From: Bacteroidales bacterium
GTDB taxonomy: Bacteria > Bacteroidota > Bacteroidia > Bacteroidales > Paludibacteraceae
Reading direction: 5' to 3'
Length of the DNA: 64,000 nt
Assembly (NCBI GenBank): GCA_015061185.1
Contig: SUWZ01000011.1
Coordinates: forward strand, 3,328-67,327
In this document: in pieces, positions 40,701 through 48,226 of the stretch
Position numbering within the stretch: position 1 is the stretch's first letter
Layout of the letters: each line of letters starts with the position of its first letter
Notes under the pieces: generated by a model
The model's input: only the letters and a program-made list of their open reading frames with translations
What the model was told of the DNA's origin: nothing
Database searches by the model: none
Made by a program: the position numbers and the translations under genes

Positions 40701-40817
40701 TTTGTCCATACGGTACTCCGCCGCCACCTTGTGCGACGGCTGTCCGTTGAAGACCGCCACCGTATTTTCTACAGCATCGGTCTGATATTGCTGAATCTTA
40801 AATTTGAATTTCATCAT
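37785..40817 (-). CDS. res: Type III restriction endonuclease subunit Res
   Basis: Helicase motifs METGTGKT and MDEPQK. C-terminal nuclease motif PDW...AETKG. The listed start at 40823 is TTG, and the first ATG is at 40817. Confidence 0.9.
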   Translation of the reverse strand: MMKFKFKIQQYQTDAVENTVAVFNGQPSHKVAAEYRMDKGKVLHQNMFDSDTGYCNHNLELDEKTLLKNINSIQNRNDIEPSSSLSKGLGDVNLDIEMETGTGKTYVYIKTMFELNKQYGWSKFIIVVPSIAIREGVAKSFDMLEEHFMEHYGKKARRFIYNSGNLQQLDSYSSDSGLNVLIINTQAFASSMKEGGSSKESKIIYSKRDEFGSRRPIDVIAANRPIVIMDEPQKMEGDATQKGIKRFNPLFVLNYSATHKTRHNTIYALDALDAYRQKLVKRIQVKGFEVKNLRGTSSYLYLDDIVLSHNQPPMARLEIEVKTASGNIVRKTKNFSVGDNLQEESGLAAYEGFTVSEIDRNGYVTFLNGTTIRRREVIGDTNELNMQRVQIRETIMSHFEKERQLFKRGIKCLSLFFIDEVAKYKSYDEQGNEVKGIFQKIFEEEYSRLVNNEITIFEDPYNDYLRRFYPKDVHNGYFSIDKKTNRVVDGKIEKKSGLSDDISAYELILKNKERLLSFDEPTRFIFSHSALREGWDNPNVFQICTLRHSNSTTSKRQEVGRGLRICVDKHGTRMDAELLGEDVHEVNKLTVIANESYADFTSALQRETRDVLRERAVKATVTYFIDKQIKMGEETHAITETEASRIIIYLEDNGYIDEQKNITPEYREAVANGTVAPLPQKLQHISEGVFKLINSIFDPNALNDMFVEEKVATSVNRLNDNFNKAEFQALWNEINHQYVYQVSYDSEELIKNAILHINSELEVTQLRYVMVEGTQNETQVTEFGNTRSESKPLTDVCTSTVKYDLVGDIAKGTNLTRRTVVKILQGIKESKFYLFKNNPEEFIRKVISIIKEQKSTMIVEHIHYNITEGKYDSDIFTIKSKTDFDRAYEAKKHITDYVFSDSKGERQFAHDLDEASEVVVYAKLPRTFQIPTPVGNYAPDWAIAMKKNDVKHIFFIAETKGSMSSMDLSAIEKAKIDCAEKLFNTISTANVKYHKVATYQDLINKIATVQ

Positions 40818-40824
40818 ATTCAAT

Positions 40825-41540
40825 TATGAATGATGAATTAGGAGTTAGGAATTAAGTGATTCCCGAGTTGTTTTTGTTATGCTACTTAAAAGCTTTTTTA
40901 ATTCTTCACAATCACTATTTATGGAATATTACTCTCTGCCATAATGATTATTTTTGCAAAGATAGGATAATTCCTAATCCCTCACTCCTAATTCCTAATT
41001 ATTTATGAATGATGAATTAGGAGTTAGGAATTAAGTGATTCCCGAGTTGTTTTTGTTATGCTACTTAAAAGCTTTTTTAATTCTTCACAATCACTATTTA
41101 TGGAATATTACTCTCTGCCATAATGATTATTTTTGCAAAGATAGGATAATTCCTAATCCCTCACTCCTAATTCCTAATTATTTATGAATGATGAATTAGG
41201 AGTTAGGAATTAAGTGATTCCTGAGTTGTTTTTGTTATGCTACTTAATAGCTTTTTTAATTCTTCACAATCACTATTTATGGAATATTACTCTCTGCCAT
41301 AATGATTATTTTTGCGAAGATAGGATAATTCCTAATCCCTCACTCCTAATTCCTAATTATTTATGAATGATGAATTAGGAGTTAGGAATTAAGTGATTCC
41401 CGAGTTGTTTTTGTTATGCTACTTAATAGTTTTTTTAATTCTTCACAATCACTATTTATGGAATATTACTCTCTGCCATAATGATTATTTTTGCGAAGAT
41501 AGGATAATTCCTAATCCCTCACTCCTAATTCCTAATTATT
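40825..41540. repeat. Four tandem 179-bp units, each an internally deleted copy of the four-helix-bundle gene cassette
   Basis: Units begin at 40825, 41004, 41183 and 41362. A fifth unit at 41541 runs into the intact gene. Each unit joins the gene's 3' end, its 5' end and promoter, and the heptamer blocks. Confidence 0.95.
40957..40964 (-). promoter_or_regulatory. -7 box TATCTTTG inside repeat unit 1, pointing toward res
   Basis: Same box as the four-helix-bundle gene promoter. Also intact in unit 2 (41136-41143). Units 3 and 4 read TATCTTCG. Confidence 0.4.
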
Positions 41541-41560
41541 TATGAATGATGAATTAGGAG

Positions 41561-41923
41561 TTAGGAATTAAGTGATTCCTGAGTTGTTTTTGTTATGCTA
41601 CTTAATAGCTTTTTTAATTCTTCACAATCACTATTTATGGAATTATACTCCTTTTCGTTAATGTATTCGGTTGCAAGTAATAAATCCAACCAATACTTAC
41701 TCTCTGCAGCTTCTTTATAAGCAATATACATTTTGGCAAGAAAATCCTTTTTGCTGATTCCGCACAATGCTTCATTTACGTTTGCTCCAATACTTGTTCC
41801 CGAACGAAGAAGTTGTTTAGATAATACAAACTCCCTTTTCTCTTCACTAAGATATTGGTATAACCGAACAATGCGTATAGCAAAATCTCTACTCTTATCC
41901 TTAATAATGTTATTCTCTGCCAT
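41561..41923 (-). CDS. Four-helix-bundle protein (23S rRNA intervening-sequence protein / Avd-like family)
   Basis: 120 aa. FAIRIVRLYQYL...QLLRSGTSIGANVNEA...SKKDF..K..IA.KEA.ES.YWL is the hallmark pattern of this family. Confidence 0.85.
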   Translation of the reverse strand: MAENNIIKDKSRDFAIRIVRLYQYLSEEKREFVLSKQLLRSGTSIGANVNEALCGISKKDFLAKMYIAYKEAAESKYWLDLLLATEYINEKEYNSINSDCEELKKLLSSITKTTQESLNS

Positions 41924-41939
41924 AATGTATCTTTATTTG

Positions 41940-41947
41940 CAAAGATA
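41940..41947 (-). promoter_or_regulatory. -7 box TATCTTTG for the four-helix-bundle gene
   Basis: The plus strand reads CAAAGATA 17 nt upstream of the ATG at 41923. Confidence 0.45.
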
Positions 41948-41981
41948 GCATAATTCCTAATTCCTAACTCCTAATTCCTAA

Positions 41982-43904
41982 TTATATTACTCTACACGTA
42001 GTTTCCGGTGAATAATGCTTAAAAATCTGCTCGAAGTTGTCTATCACATTATCATTGACTGCCGAGGCGTCACGCATGACAAAATAGACCGGCTTCCGCT
42101 TGGCAATCTCCGTAATGGTTTTCTCATCAACATCTTTATCGAAAACAGCCATAAGATAACCATCATCCACATTAAATACCGTAATATCATTCCTAATTCC
42201 TAACTCCTCATTTCTAATTGAAACAGAGAGTTCTATTCCGAGGTCGAGCATCACTTGAAAGAGCAAATCCTCATTGGTGCGGTCTGACTTTACATTTTCA
42301 TTGAAGAGCGAACTCATGCTAAACTCTTGTGGCGTGTAATAAACATCTTCCATATTAGAGGAGTCGAGCTTCAATACTCGGAAACCGATATCCAATTTGG
42401 AATTAGGAGTTGGGAGTGAGGAATTGTTTTCATTCTTCTTTCCTAATTCCTCATTAATTTTCTTTCCTGCACGACGGATACGCTCCTTGCCTATCTCACA
42501 GATATTCTTGTAACCGGCTTTGTAGGCTTCGCTCTTCTCTTCAGTCTTTTCTGGCAACTGCACCATAATGAATTTACGATTACCGCCATCTTCGGCATTT
42601 AGTTTCATTACGGCGTGGGCGGTAGTAGCGGAACCCGAGAAGAAGTCGAGAATGATGTCGTTACAATTAGTATATAAAGCAAGACATCTTTGAATTAAAT
42701 CAACGGGTTTAGGGTATTCAAAATACGATTTACCACCAAATAGTAACTTAAGTGCCTGCGATGCTTGTTGTGAATGACCGACTTCTTCGTGTTTCCAAAT
42801 AGACATAGGTGTAACACCTTGTTTTACCTCAGACAAGAATCGTTTAAGTCTTGGAACATTATCACCATTTGCACCAAACCAAATGCGATTATCGGCAATC
42901 ATTTCTTGGAATCGTTCTTTTGTATATAACCAACATCTACCACTTGGAGGTAGTATAACTCGACCGCTTGGAAGAGTTAGTGGATAAACTTTTGAATTAA
43001 CAACAGGACCAACCGTAGTATTATCACTCTGCCAAGGTCCTCGTTGGTCATTGTCAGGATTTGAGTATCGAGATGTATTTTCTTCTGTTCTCGGCAAACC
43101 ATTGCAAACGGTTATATCTATATTTTTTCCATATGCCAAAATATAGTCGTGACTATACGAAAAATGTTTCTTAAGACTAATTGGAGCAAAAGACCTCTCC
43201 CATACTACTTGTGCCAAAAAATTATGCTCACCAAATATCTCGTCTGTAATGTTTTTTAGATTTTTACCCTCATTATCATCAATTGAAATAAAAATAACCC
43301 CATCCTCTGTAAGCAAATCTCTCGCCACCTTCAAACGAGGATAAATCATATTGAGCCAATTGGTATGGAAACGACCGTTGCTTTCGGTATTTCTTGTATA
43401 TACTTTTTCATCCATAATAATATTACCTTCTTCATCTCTAAAAGAAGAACGATCAGCATCATTAGCCGCATTTTCAGCAAAATCATCATTATACACGAAG
43501 TCGTTTCCCGTATTATAAGGTGGGTCGATGTAAATCATCTTCACCTTGCTCAAATAGGTTTCACGCAATACTTTGAGTACATCAAGGTTGTCTCCCTCTA
43601 TGTAAAGATTTTGTGTATTGTCGAAATCCACACTCTCCTCACGGCAAGGGCGGAGTGTCATAGTTGTAGGAGTGTTAGCCAAGCGGACAGATGCGCGCTT
43701 GTCTGGCCAAGTGAACTGATAACGTTCCTCTCCCTCTGCAATGATTTCGTTGGATAACTCTGCTTGCAGTTTCTCAAAGTCGATAGCCAGTTCCGGCTTA
43801 CCATCCTTGCCCAAACGTTCCGTCACGCAATTAGGAAACAGCCGGGCAATCTTCTGTGTGTTAGAGCCTATCACATCGTGGCTCTGCATTTTCAGCCTCT
43901 CCAT
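41982..43904 (-). CDS. mod: Type III R-M DNA methyltransferase subunit Mod (beta-class N6-adenine)
   Basis: IYIDPPYNTGNDF (motif IV) precedes ILDFFSGSATTAHA (motif I). The conserved C-terminus is FRVLKLDSSN...DLLFQVMLDLG. Confidence 0.9.
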   Translation of the reverse strand: MERLKMQSHDVIGSNTQKIARLFPNCVTERLGKDGKPELAIDFEKLQAELSNEIIAEGEERYQFTWPDKRASVRLANTPTTMTLRPCREESVDFDNTQNLYIEGDNLDVLKVLRETYLSKVKMIYIDPPYNTGNDFVYNDDFAENAANDADRSSFRDEEGNIIMDEKVYTRNTESNGRFHTNWLNMIYPRLKVARDLLTEDGVIFISIDDNEGKNLKNITDEIFGEHNFLAQVVWERSFAPISLKKHFSYSHDYILAYGKNIDITVCNGLPRTEENTSRYSNPDNDQRGPWQSDNTTVGPVVNSKVYPLTLPSGRVILPPSGRCWLYTKERFQEMIADNRIWFGANGDNVPRLKRFLSEVKQGVTPMSIWKHEEVGHSQQASQALKLLFGGKSYFEYPKPVDLIQRCLALYTNCNDIILDFFSGSATTAHAVMKLNAEDGGNRKFIMVQLPEKTEEKSEAYKAGYKNICEIGKERIRRAGKKINEELGKKNENNSSLPTPNSKLDIGFRVLKLDSSNMEDVYYTPQEFSMSSLFNENVKSDRTNEDLLFQVMLDLGIELSVSIRNEELGIRNDITVFNVDDGYLMAVFDKDVDEKTITEIAKRKPVYFVMRDASAVNDNVIDNFEQIFKHYSPETTCRVI

Positions 43905-43989
43905 TATGAATTTGAAAACTTAATTTAGCGAAAATCAAGTCATCGGACTTCTGATAACTTTTATTTGTTAGTTTAAGTTTTACAAAGAC

Positions 43990-44300
43990 ACAAAAAAAGC
44001 GTGAAGCCCCACTGTCGCTCGCTCCACGGTTAGAGGCTCTGGTAAGCCCGAATGTCCGAAACGAGCAACGAGAGCCCACGCTGATGCATATAACAAACTA
44101 CACTCGCCCTATGTTGCCATTGGCATACAAGTACACCAATGGCTCTAAGGCATAGCGAGATATGTATGTAACACACCTACGGGGCATTCACGTTGCTTTG
44201 TTTTTTGACATTCTTTTGAAATTTACCAGATTTCTAACCGTCAAAACCAAAGCGTAGTAAACGCCTTTCAAATATGTCCTTGCCTTATGTATAGTACACA
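43990..44300 (-). ncRNA. Candidate structured RNA or 5' leader upstream of mod
   Basis: GC-rich, stop-ridden in all frames. A 57-nt hairpin lies at 44103-44159 and mutually exclusive helices at 43998-44082. The minus strand ends in a U7 run (43992-43998). A TAAATTTG box lies at 44309-44316 on the minus strand. The boundaries are guesses. Confidence 0.3.
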
Positions 44301-44392
44301 AAGCACTACAAATTTAAGGAAATCTATTTTCCTATACAAAAAATAGACGTTTTTTTAAGGCAAATTTTCAAAGCCCGGTTTGCAAAAGCCTC

Positions 44393-44433
44393 AAAAAAAA
44401 CTTTGCCCACAGATATGATGTTTGTGGGCAAAG
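44393..44433 (-). terminator. Rho-independent terminator (minus strand)
   Basis: 11-bp stem ctttgcccaca / tgtgggcaaag. On the minus strand it is followed by T8 (plus strand A8 at 44393-44400). Confidence 0.7.
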
Positions 44434-44601
44434 CTAAAAAATTATCTCGAAGGGATTTTACTCCCATTCCTGTTCTAAACCTTCTATCAATTCAGCATCT
44501 GGCTTTGCTAAAAAGAGCATGCCTAACATGTTTGCAATATAACAGAACCAAAATACATAATCGTCAAAACCTAAACATAAAATGCAACTTATCATCATCA
44601 A

Positions 44602-44777
44602 GGTGTGTATTTCAGATATTTCAAAACACTAAAAAGATATGTTTTCCAATGTTTCTTATTGTCAATTTGGTGCGTTTTCCGATATTTACAAACTCAGAAA
44701 GGTGCGTTTTCCGATAATTTAAAGTATAATAAAGGTGCGTTTTCCAATATTTACAAACCAAAAAAGGTGCGTTTTCC
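44602..44777. repeat. Downstream array: about 6 GGTGCGTTTTCC-type repeats with a 32-33-bp period
   Basis: Cores at 44669, 44701, 44734 and 44766. Degenerate copies at 44602 and about 44636. Confidence 0.85.
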
Positions 44778-44835
44778 ATAACTAAAAAAGCAGACTTACT
44801 AAAAGCCTGCTCTAACATGCTGCCTCGCATTGACA

Positions 44836-46194
44836 TTAGTCCAAAAATTGCGTTATAACATTAGACTCGTTCTGAAAGAACATTACATAATAGATTGGAA
44901 TATAAGTAATTCCTTTCTTTGTATAAACCTTCTGCTCATTAGATAGCACATAGGCTCTTTTTACGTTGTACTCGTCGTTTGTCAGAAACTTATTCAATGC
45001 ACTGTGGACGGTATAATCCTTTCCGGACTTCACCTCTATCGGGATATTTGACAAATTATCCACATCATCAATCAGATAGTCCACCTCTCCGTTTTTCTTG
45101 TTGTCGTAATAGTACAAATTATATCCGTGCGCCTTCAACTCTTGCGCCACCACTGTTTCATAAACCGAGCCGAGGTTTATGCTTCTTTCATCAGACATTA
45201 TTGCAGATATGTTGTTGCGGTAGAACAAGCCCGACAAAATACCCACATCGTTTAGATAGAGCTTCAGCAAATTCTTTCCGCAGTTTTCGGACAACGGATA
45301 GGTTGGAGTGCTGATAGCCTTCACGTCCAAAGTTACGCCAGCTGAAATTAGATAATCAAACTCGTCCAGATAGTCGTCACTTCTCTTCCAGCCTTTGTCT
45401 TCAATATCCTTCACCACAACTCTCTTCTTCTTATTTTCAAGGTTGGACGGAATCATATCAAAAACACGGCGAATCTTCAATCGCTTATTATGCTGCTCTT
45501 CATACTTTGACGCATCCACAGCGTATAAATTGTGGGTCTCTTTCTGCACCGACCTGAAACGTTCTACATTTCGGCTCTCGACGAAAATCTCCACCGCTCT
45601 CGGCAATCCGCCTACCAGAAGATACTTCTTAAAGAGGTCCATTATTTTGCTGTGCATCGCATCTGGCAGGGCCTGGCTGTTTTCAAAACACTCCCTCATC
45701 TCCCCAACCGCAACTTCACCCACTCCGTTAGCATACAAAAACTCCTCAAAGTCCAAAGGGTACATGTGCACCACCTCCAGACTGCCTATCGGCAAAGACT
45801 GTATTTGCTTTAGTGTCACGCCAAGCAAAGAGCCGCTGGCTATATAGGTAAACCTGCCCTCCTTCATCAAAAACTTCACAAGGGTGAGAAGATGGTCGTA
45901 AGCCTGTATCTCGTCAATAAAGACAAGCGTATTGGACTTATCCTTCAACTTGTTGCCTGCCACAACGCTGAGAGCCATGTAAAAATCTTTTGTGGTCTTG
46001 GCCTCCGCAAAGATTCTGTCGCCCAACTTATCCTCCTCCATATTGATTTCCACATAATTGGAGAACATACGTCGCCCAACCCATCGAATTATATAGGACT
46101 TTCCTATTTGTCGGGCACCATCAACCAACATCATTCTGTCTGAATTTGATGTCAGATACTCCTCTATCCTTTTGGTTATCTTTCTATACAACAT
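44836..46194 (-). CDS. AAA+ ATPase with a C-terminal DUF4143 (PD-(D/E)xK-like) domain, paralogue of 36202-37578
   Basis: Walker A GARQIGKSY, Walker B LVFIDEIQ, and C-terminal GEVDYLI...IPIEVKSG. Confidence 0.85.
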   Translation of the reverse strand: MLYRKITKRIEEYLTSNSDRMMLVDGARQIGKSYIIRWVGRRMFSNYVEINMEEDKLGDRIFAEAKTTKDFYMALSVVAGNKLKDKSNTLVFIDEIQAYDHLLTLVKFLMKEGRFTYIASGSLLGVTLKQIQSLPIGSLEVVHMYPLDFEEFLYANGVGEVAVGEMRECFENSQALPDAMHSKIMDLFKKYLLVGGLPRAVEIFVESRNVERFRSVQKETHNLYAVDASKYEEQHNKRLKIRRVFDMIPSNLENKKKRVVVKDIEDKGWKRSDDYLDEFDYLISAGVTLDVKAISTPTYPLSENCGKNLLKLYLNDVGILSGLFYRNNISAIMSDERSINLGSVYETVVAQELKAHGYNLYYYDNKKNGEVDYLIDDVDNLSNIPIEVKSGKDYTVHSALNKFLTNDEYNVKRAYVLSNEQKVYTKKGITYIPIYYVMFFQNESNVITQFLD

Positions 46195-46216
46195 GTTATT
46201 ACCTGTTTATCAGGTG

Positions 46217-46224
46217 CAAATATA
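46217..46224 (-). promoter_or_regulatory. -7 box TATATTTG for the ATPase at 44836-46194
   Basis: The plus strand reads CAAATATA 23 nt upstream of the ATG at 46194. Confidence 0.45.
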
Positions 46225-46242
46225 ATATATTTTTTTGTAAAA

Positions 46243-46581
46243 GGTGCGTTTTCCCATATTTTTTACTATTAATTTGGTGCATTTTCCTATAATTTTAAAA
46301 CCTTTAAAGGTGCGTTTTCATATATTTTTCACTATTAATTTGGTGCGTTTTCATATAATTTCAAAACCTAAAGGTGCGTTTTCCTATATTTTCAACTATT
46401 AATTTGGTGCATTTTCATATAATTTTAAAACCTTTAAAGGTGCGTTTTCATATATTTTTCACTATTAATTTGGTGCGTTTTCATATAATTTCAAAACCTA
46501 AAAGGTGCGTTTTCCTATATTTTCAACTATTAATTTGGTGCATTTTCCTATAATTTTAAAACCTTTAAAGGTGCGTTTTCC
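46243..46581. repeat. Upstream array: 11 GGTGC(G/A)TTTTC(C/A) repeats with a 31-33-bp period
   Basis: Cores at 46243, 46276, 46309, 46342, 46373, 46406, 46439, 46472, 46504, 46537 and 46570. Two unit types alternate, and there is a higher-order repeat of about 131 bp. Confidence 0.95.
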
Positions 46582-46654
46582 GATTTTACCTCTTACATCT
46601 TGTAACTTCTAACTTAAAATATTTTATTATATTTGCAGATAAAATAAAAATAAA

Positions 46655-47203
46655 ATGGCAAACCAATTGTATCTGCAAGATTTTGAAGATAGATTACAAA
46701 AAGAACTTCTTCAAATATGTACCTCCTACCAATTTTTGGACGGAGTGTTATTGGCATCAGAAGACCTTGATAACCGTTGGAACGAAATTGCACCTGAATA
46801 TATGGTAGATGCAGTTGCCAACATAAAGGAGTATCCAATGGTGTCTGTAGCATGGGCTGCCTACCTCGGAATGGCGATAGCTCATGGTTGGGATAAGAAT
46901 TGGGAGATAGAATATAGGAAATCGTACCCAACCTACTACGGAGAACGGGGATTTGATGATATGGATGAAAATATCCTGCAAAATATTTTGGGGCTAAAAC
47001 TAAATAGTCAGGCAGCCACTGAACGTGAAAATATGGTAAGACGCTGTGCTCAAATTGCAGTTACCACCATCAGAAAAGAGGAGATTGAACCACAAAGCAA
47101 TATGGCATTTCATATTTTTGCAAGAAGTTGTAAAGTCTTATTTCGGATTGGAGCTGCCATTGAATTAAAAAACTTAGGCTACAAATTTGAAAAAATAGGA
47201 TGA
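46655..47203 (+). CDS. Hypothetical protein (no family recognised)
   Basis: 182-aa ORF with an ATG start and a TATATTTG box at 46628-46635. The composition looks coding. Confidence 0.6.
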   Translation: MANQLYLQDFEDRLQKELLQICTSYQFLDGVLLASEDLDNRWNEIAPEYMVDAVANIKEYPMVSVAWAAYLGMAIAHGWDKNWEIEYRKSYPTYYGERGFDDMDENILQNILGLKLNSQAATERENMVRRCAQIAVTTIRKEEIEPQSNMAFHIFARSCKVLFRIGAAIELKNLGYKFEKIG

Positions 47204-47290
47204 TTAGTAAGGTTGGTATATGAATAATCTTCTATAAACAAAATAAGAAACAAGTTGTTATATAGAAAAAAAATACTAACACCTAACGTC

Positions 47291-47758
47291 ATGTTTAAAA
47301 ATATTCTTACCATCTTCATCTCCATTATTATATGTGTTGGTGTAGGACTTGCATCTCAGCAACTACAAACAGAAGCACTAAATAATTGGTATCCTTTTTT
47401 AGCCAAATCTCAAATTACTCCACCCGGCTATGTATTTCCAATAGTATGGGGTATTTTATACATATTAATGGGAGTTTCCATCGGTCTGATTTTGCTTACC
47501 CATGAGATAAAAAAAAGCAGTTGTCTTCTTCTGTTTCTCCTTCAATTGGGATTGAATTTCGCATGGAGTTTTTTCTTTTTCTATTTGGAAAATCCTGCAT
47601 ACGGAACCATTATCATTCTGCTATTAGACGTAGTTGTGTTTGGATACACTTACAAAGCTTATCAAGTAAAAAAAGTCTCTGCCTATTTATTTTACCCCTA
47701 CCTTGCATGGTTATTTTTGGCTACTTATCTAAACTTGTATATTTTTGTCAATAATTAA
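47291..47758 (+). CDS. tspO: TspO/MBR family tryptophan-rich sensory protein
   Basis: NWY..L.KS.ITPPGYVFPIVWGILYILMG plus five TM helices. The listed start at 47255 is TTG, and the first ATG is at 47291. Confidence 0.85.
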   Translation: MFKNILTIFISIIICVGVGLASQQLQTEALNNWYPFLAKSQITPPGYVFPIVWGILYILMGVSIGLILLTHEIKKSSCLLLFLLQLGLNFAWSFFFFYLENPAYGTIIILLLDVVVFGYTYKAYQVKKVSAYLFYPYLAWLFLATYLNLYIFVNN

Positions 47759-48226
47759 CAACTCATTTTGTTGATTTTAGAAATTGCCAATATTTCCATG
47801 CCAAGTATAAAAAAACAAACCAATCCTTACAAAATAAAATTCAAGACTATTTCAATTCAGCAAGCACCAATCTATTTGATAATCTGATATTTACAAACAA
47901 TATAAGCATAAAAACGACTCATTAGACTATCTAATTTTGCAAAAAAAATTATATTGTTTGAAAAAAAAGTATAGGTTCTTTTCACCCTATTAACTCTACT
48001 TTTGCATTGAGTTCATTAGGAAACATTAAATTACTACTTTAAAATTGTCATACAAATTAAACTCTAGATTCCAATATAAATTAATGCCCTAATGAACTCT
48101 TAATGCAAGTTAAAAAGAAGTAAGAATTTAGGCACTCCTATAATTTAGGGATATGGATTTTGCGAGAAAGAGAGTCAGGTAAAAGCGATTCAAAATTTAT
48201 GGTAGATGCCACAACACAAAAGAACC

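Noticed and set aside
40260-40829. Long antisense ORFs inside res (189 aa). Similar shadow ORFs lie inside other genes, for example 590-1033, 33819-34205, 36346-36660, 43365-43757 and 45395-45847.
   Set aside because: They lie entirely within, and opposite to, much longer ORFs that have clear family motifs. They are shadow ORFs.
43861-44079. 72-aa ORF on the minus strand overlapping the mod start
   Set aside because: It overlaps mod out of frame and runs through the GC-rich hairpin region. The Arg/Ser/Gly-rich composition is typical of non-coding GC-rich sequence.
43990-44300. The GC-rich structured segment as a retron msr/msd, tmRNA, RNase P RNA or tRNA remnant
   Set aside because: There is no reverse transcriptase gene in the window. 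None of the conserved tmRNA, RNase P or tRNA T-loop signatures I can recall is present.
44602-46581. The 33-bp-period arrays as CRISPR arrays or as a canonical Type III toxin-antitoxin (ToxIN-like) locus
   Set aside because: There are no spacers and no cas genes. The adjacent protein is an AAA+/DUF4143 ATPase, not a ToxN/AbiQ-type endoribonuclease. The large upstream array lies upstream of the gene's -7 box rather than between a promoter and the gene. The RNA idea is kept only as a minor alternative for the downstream array.
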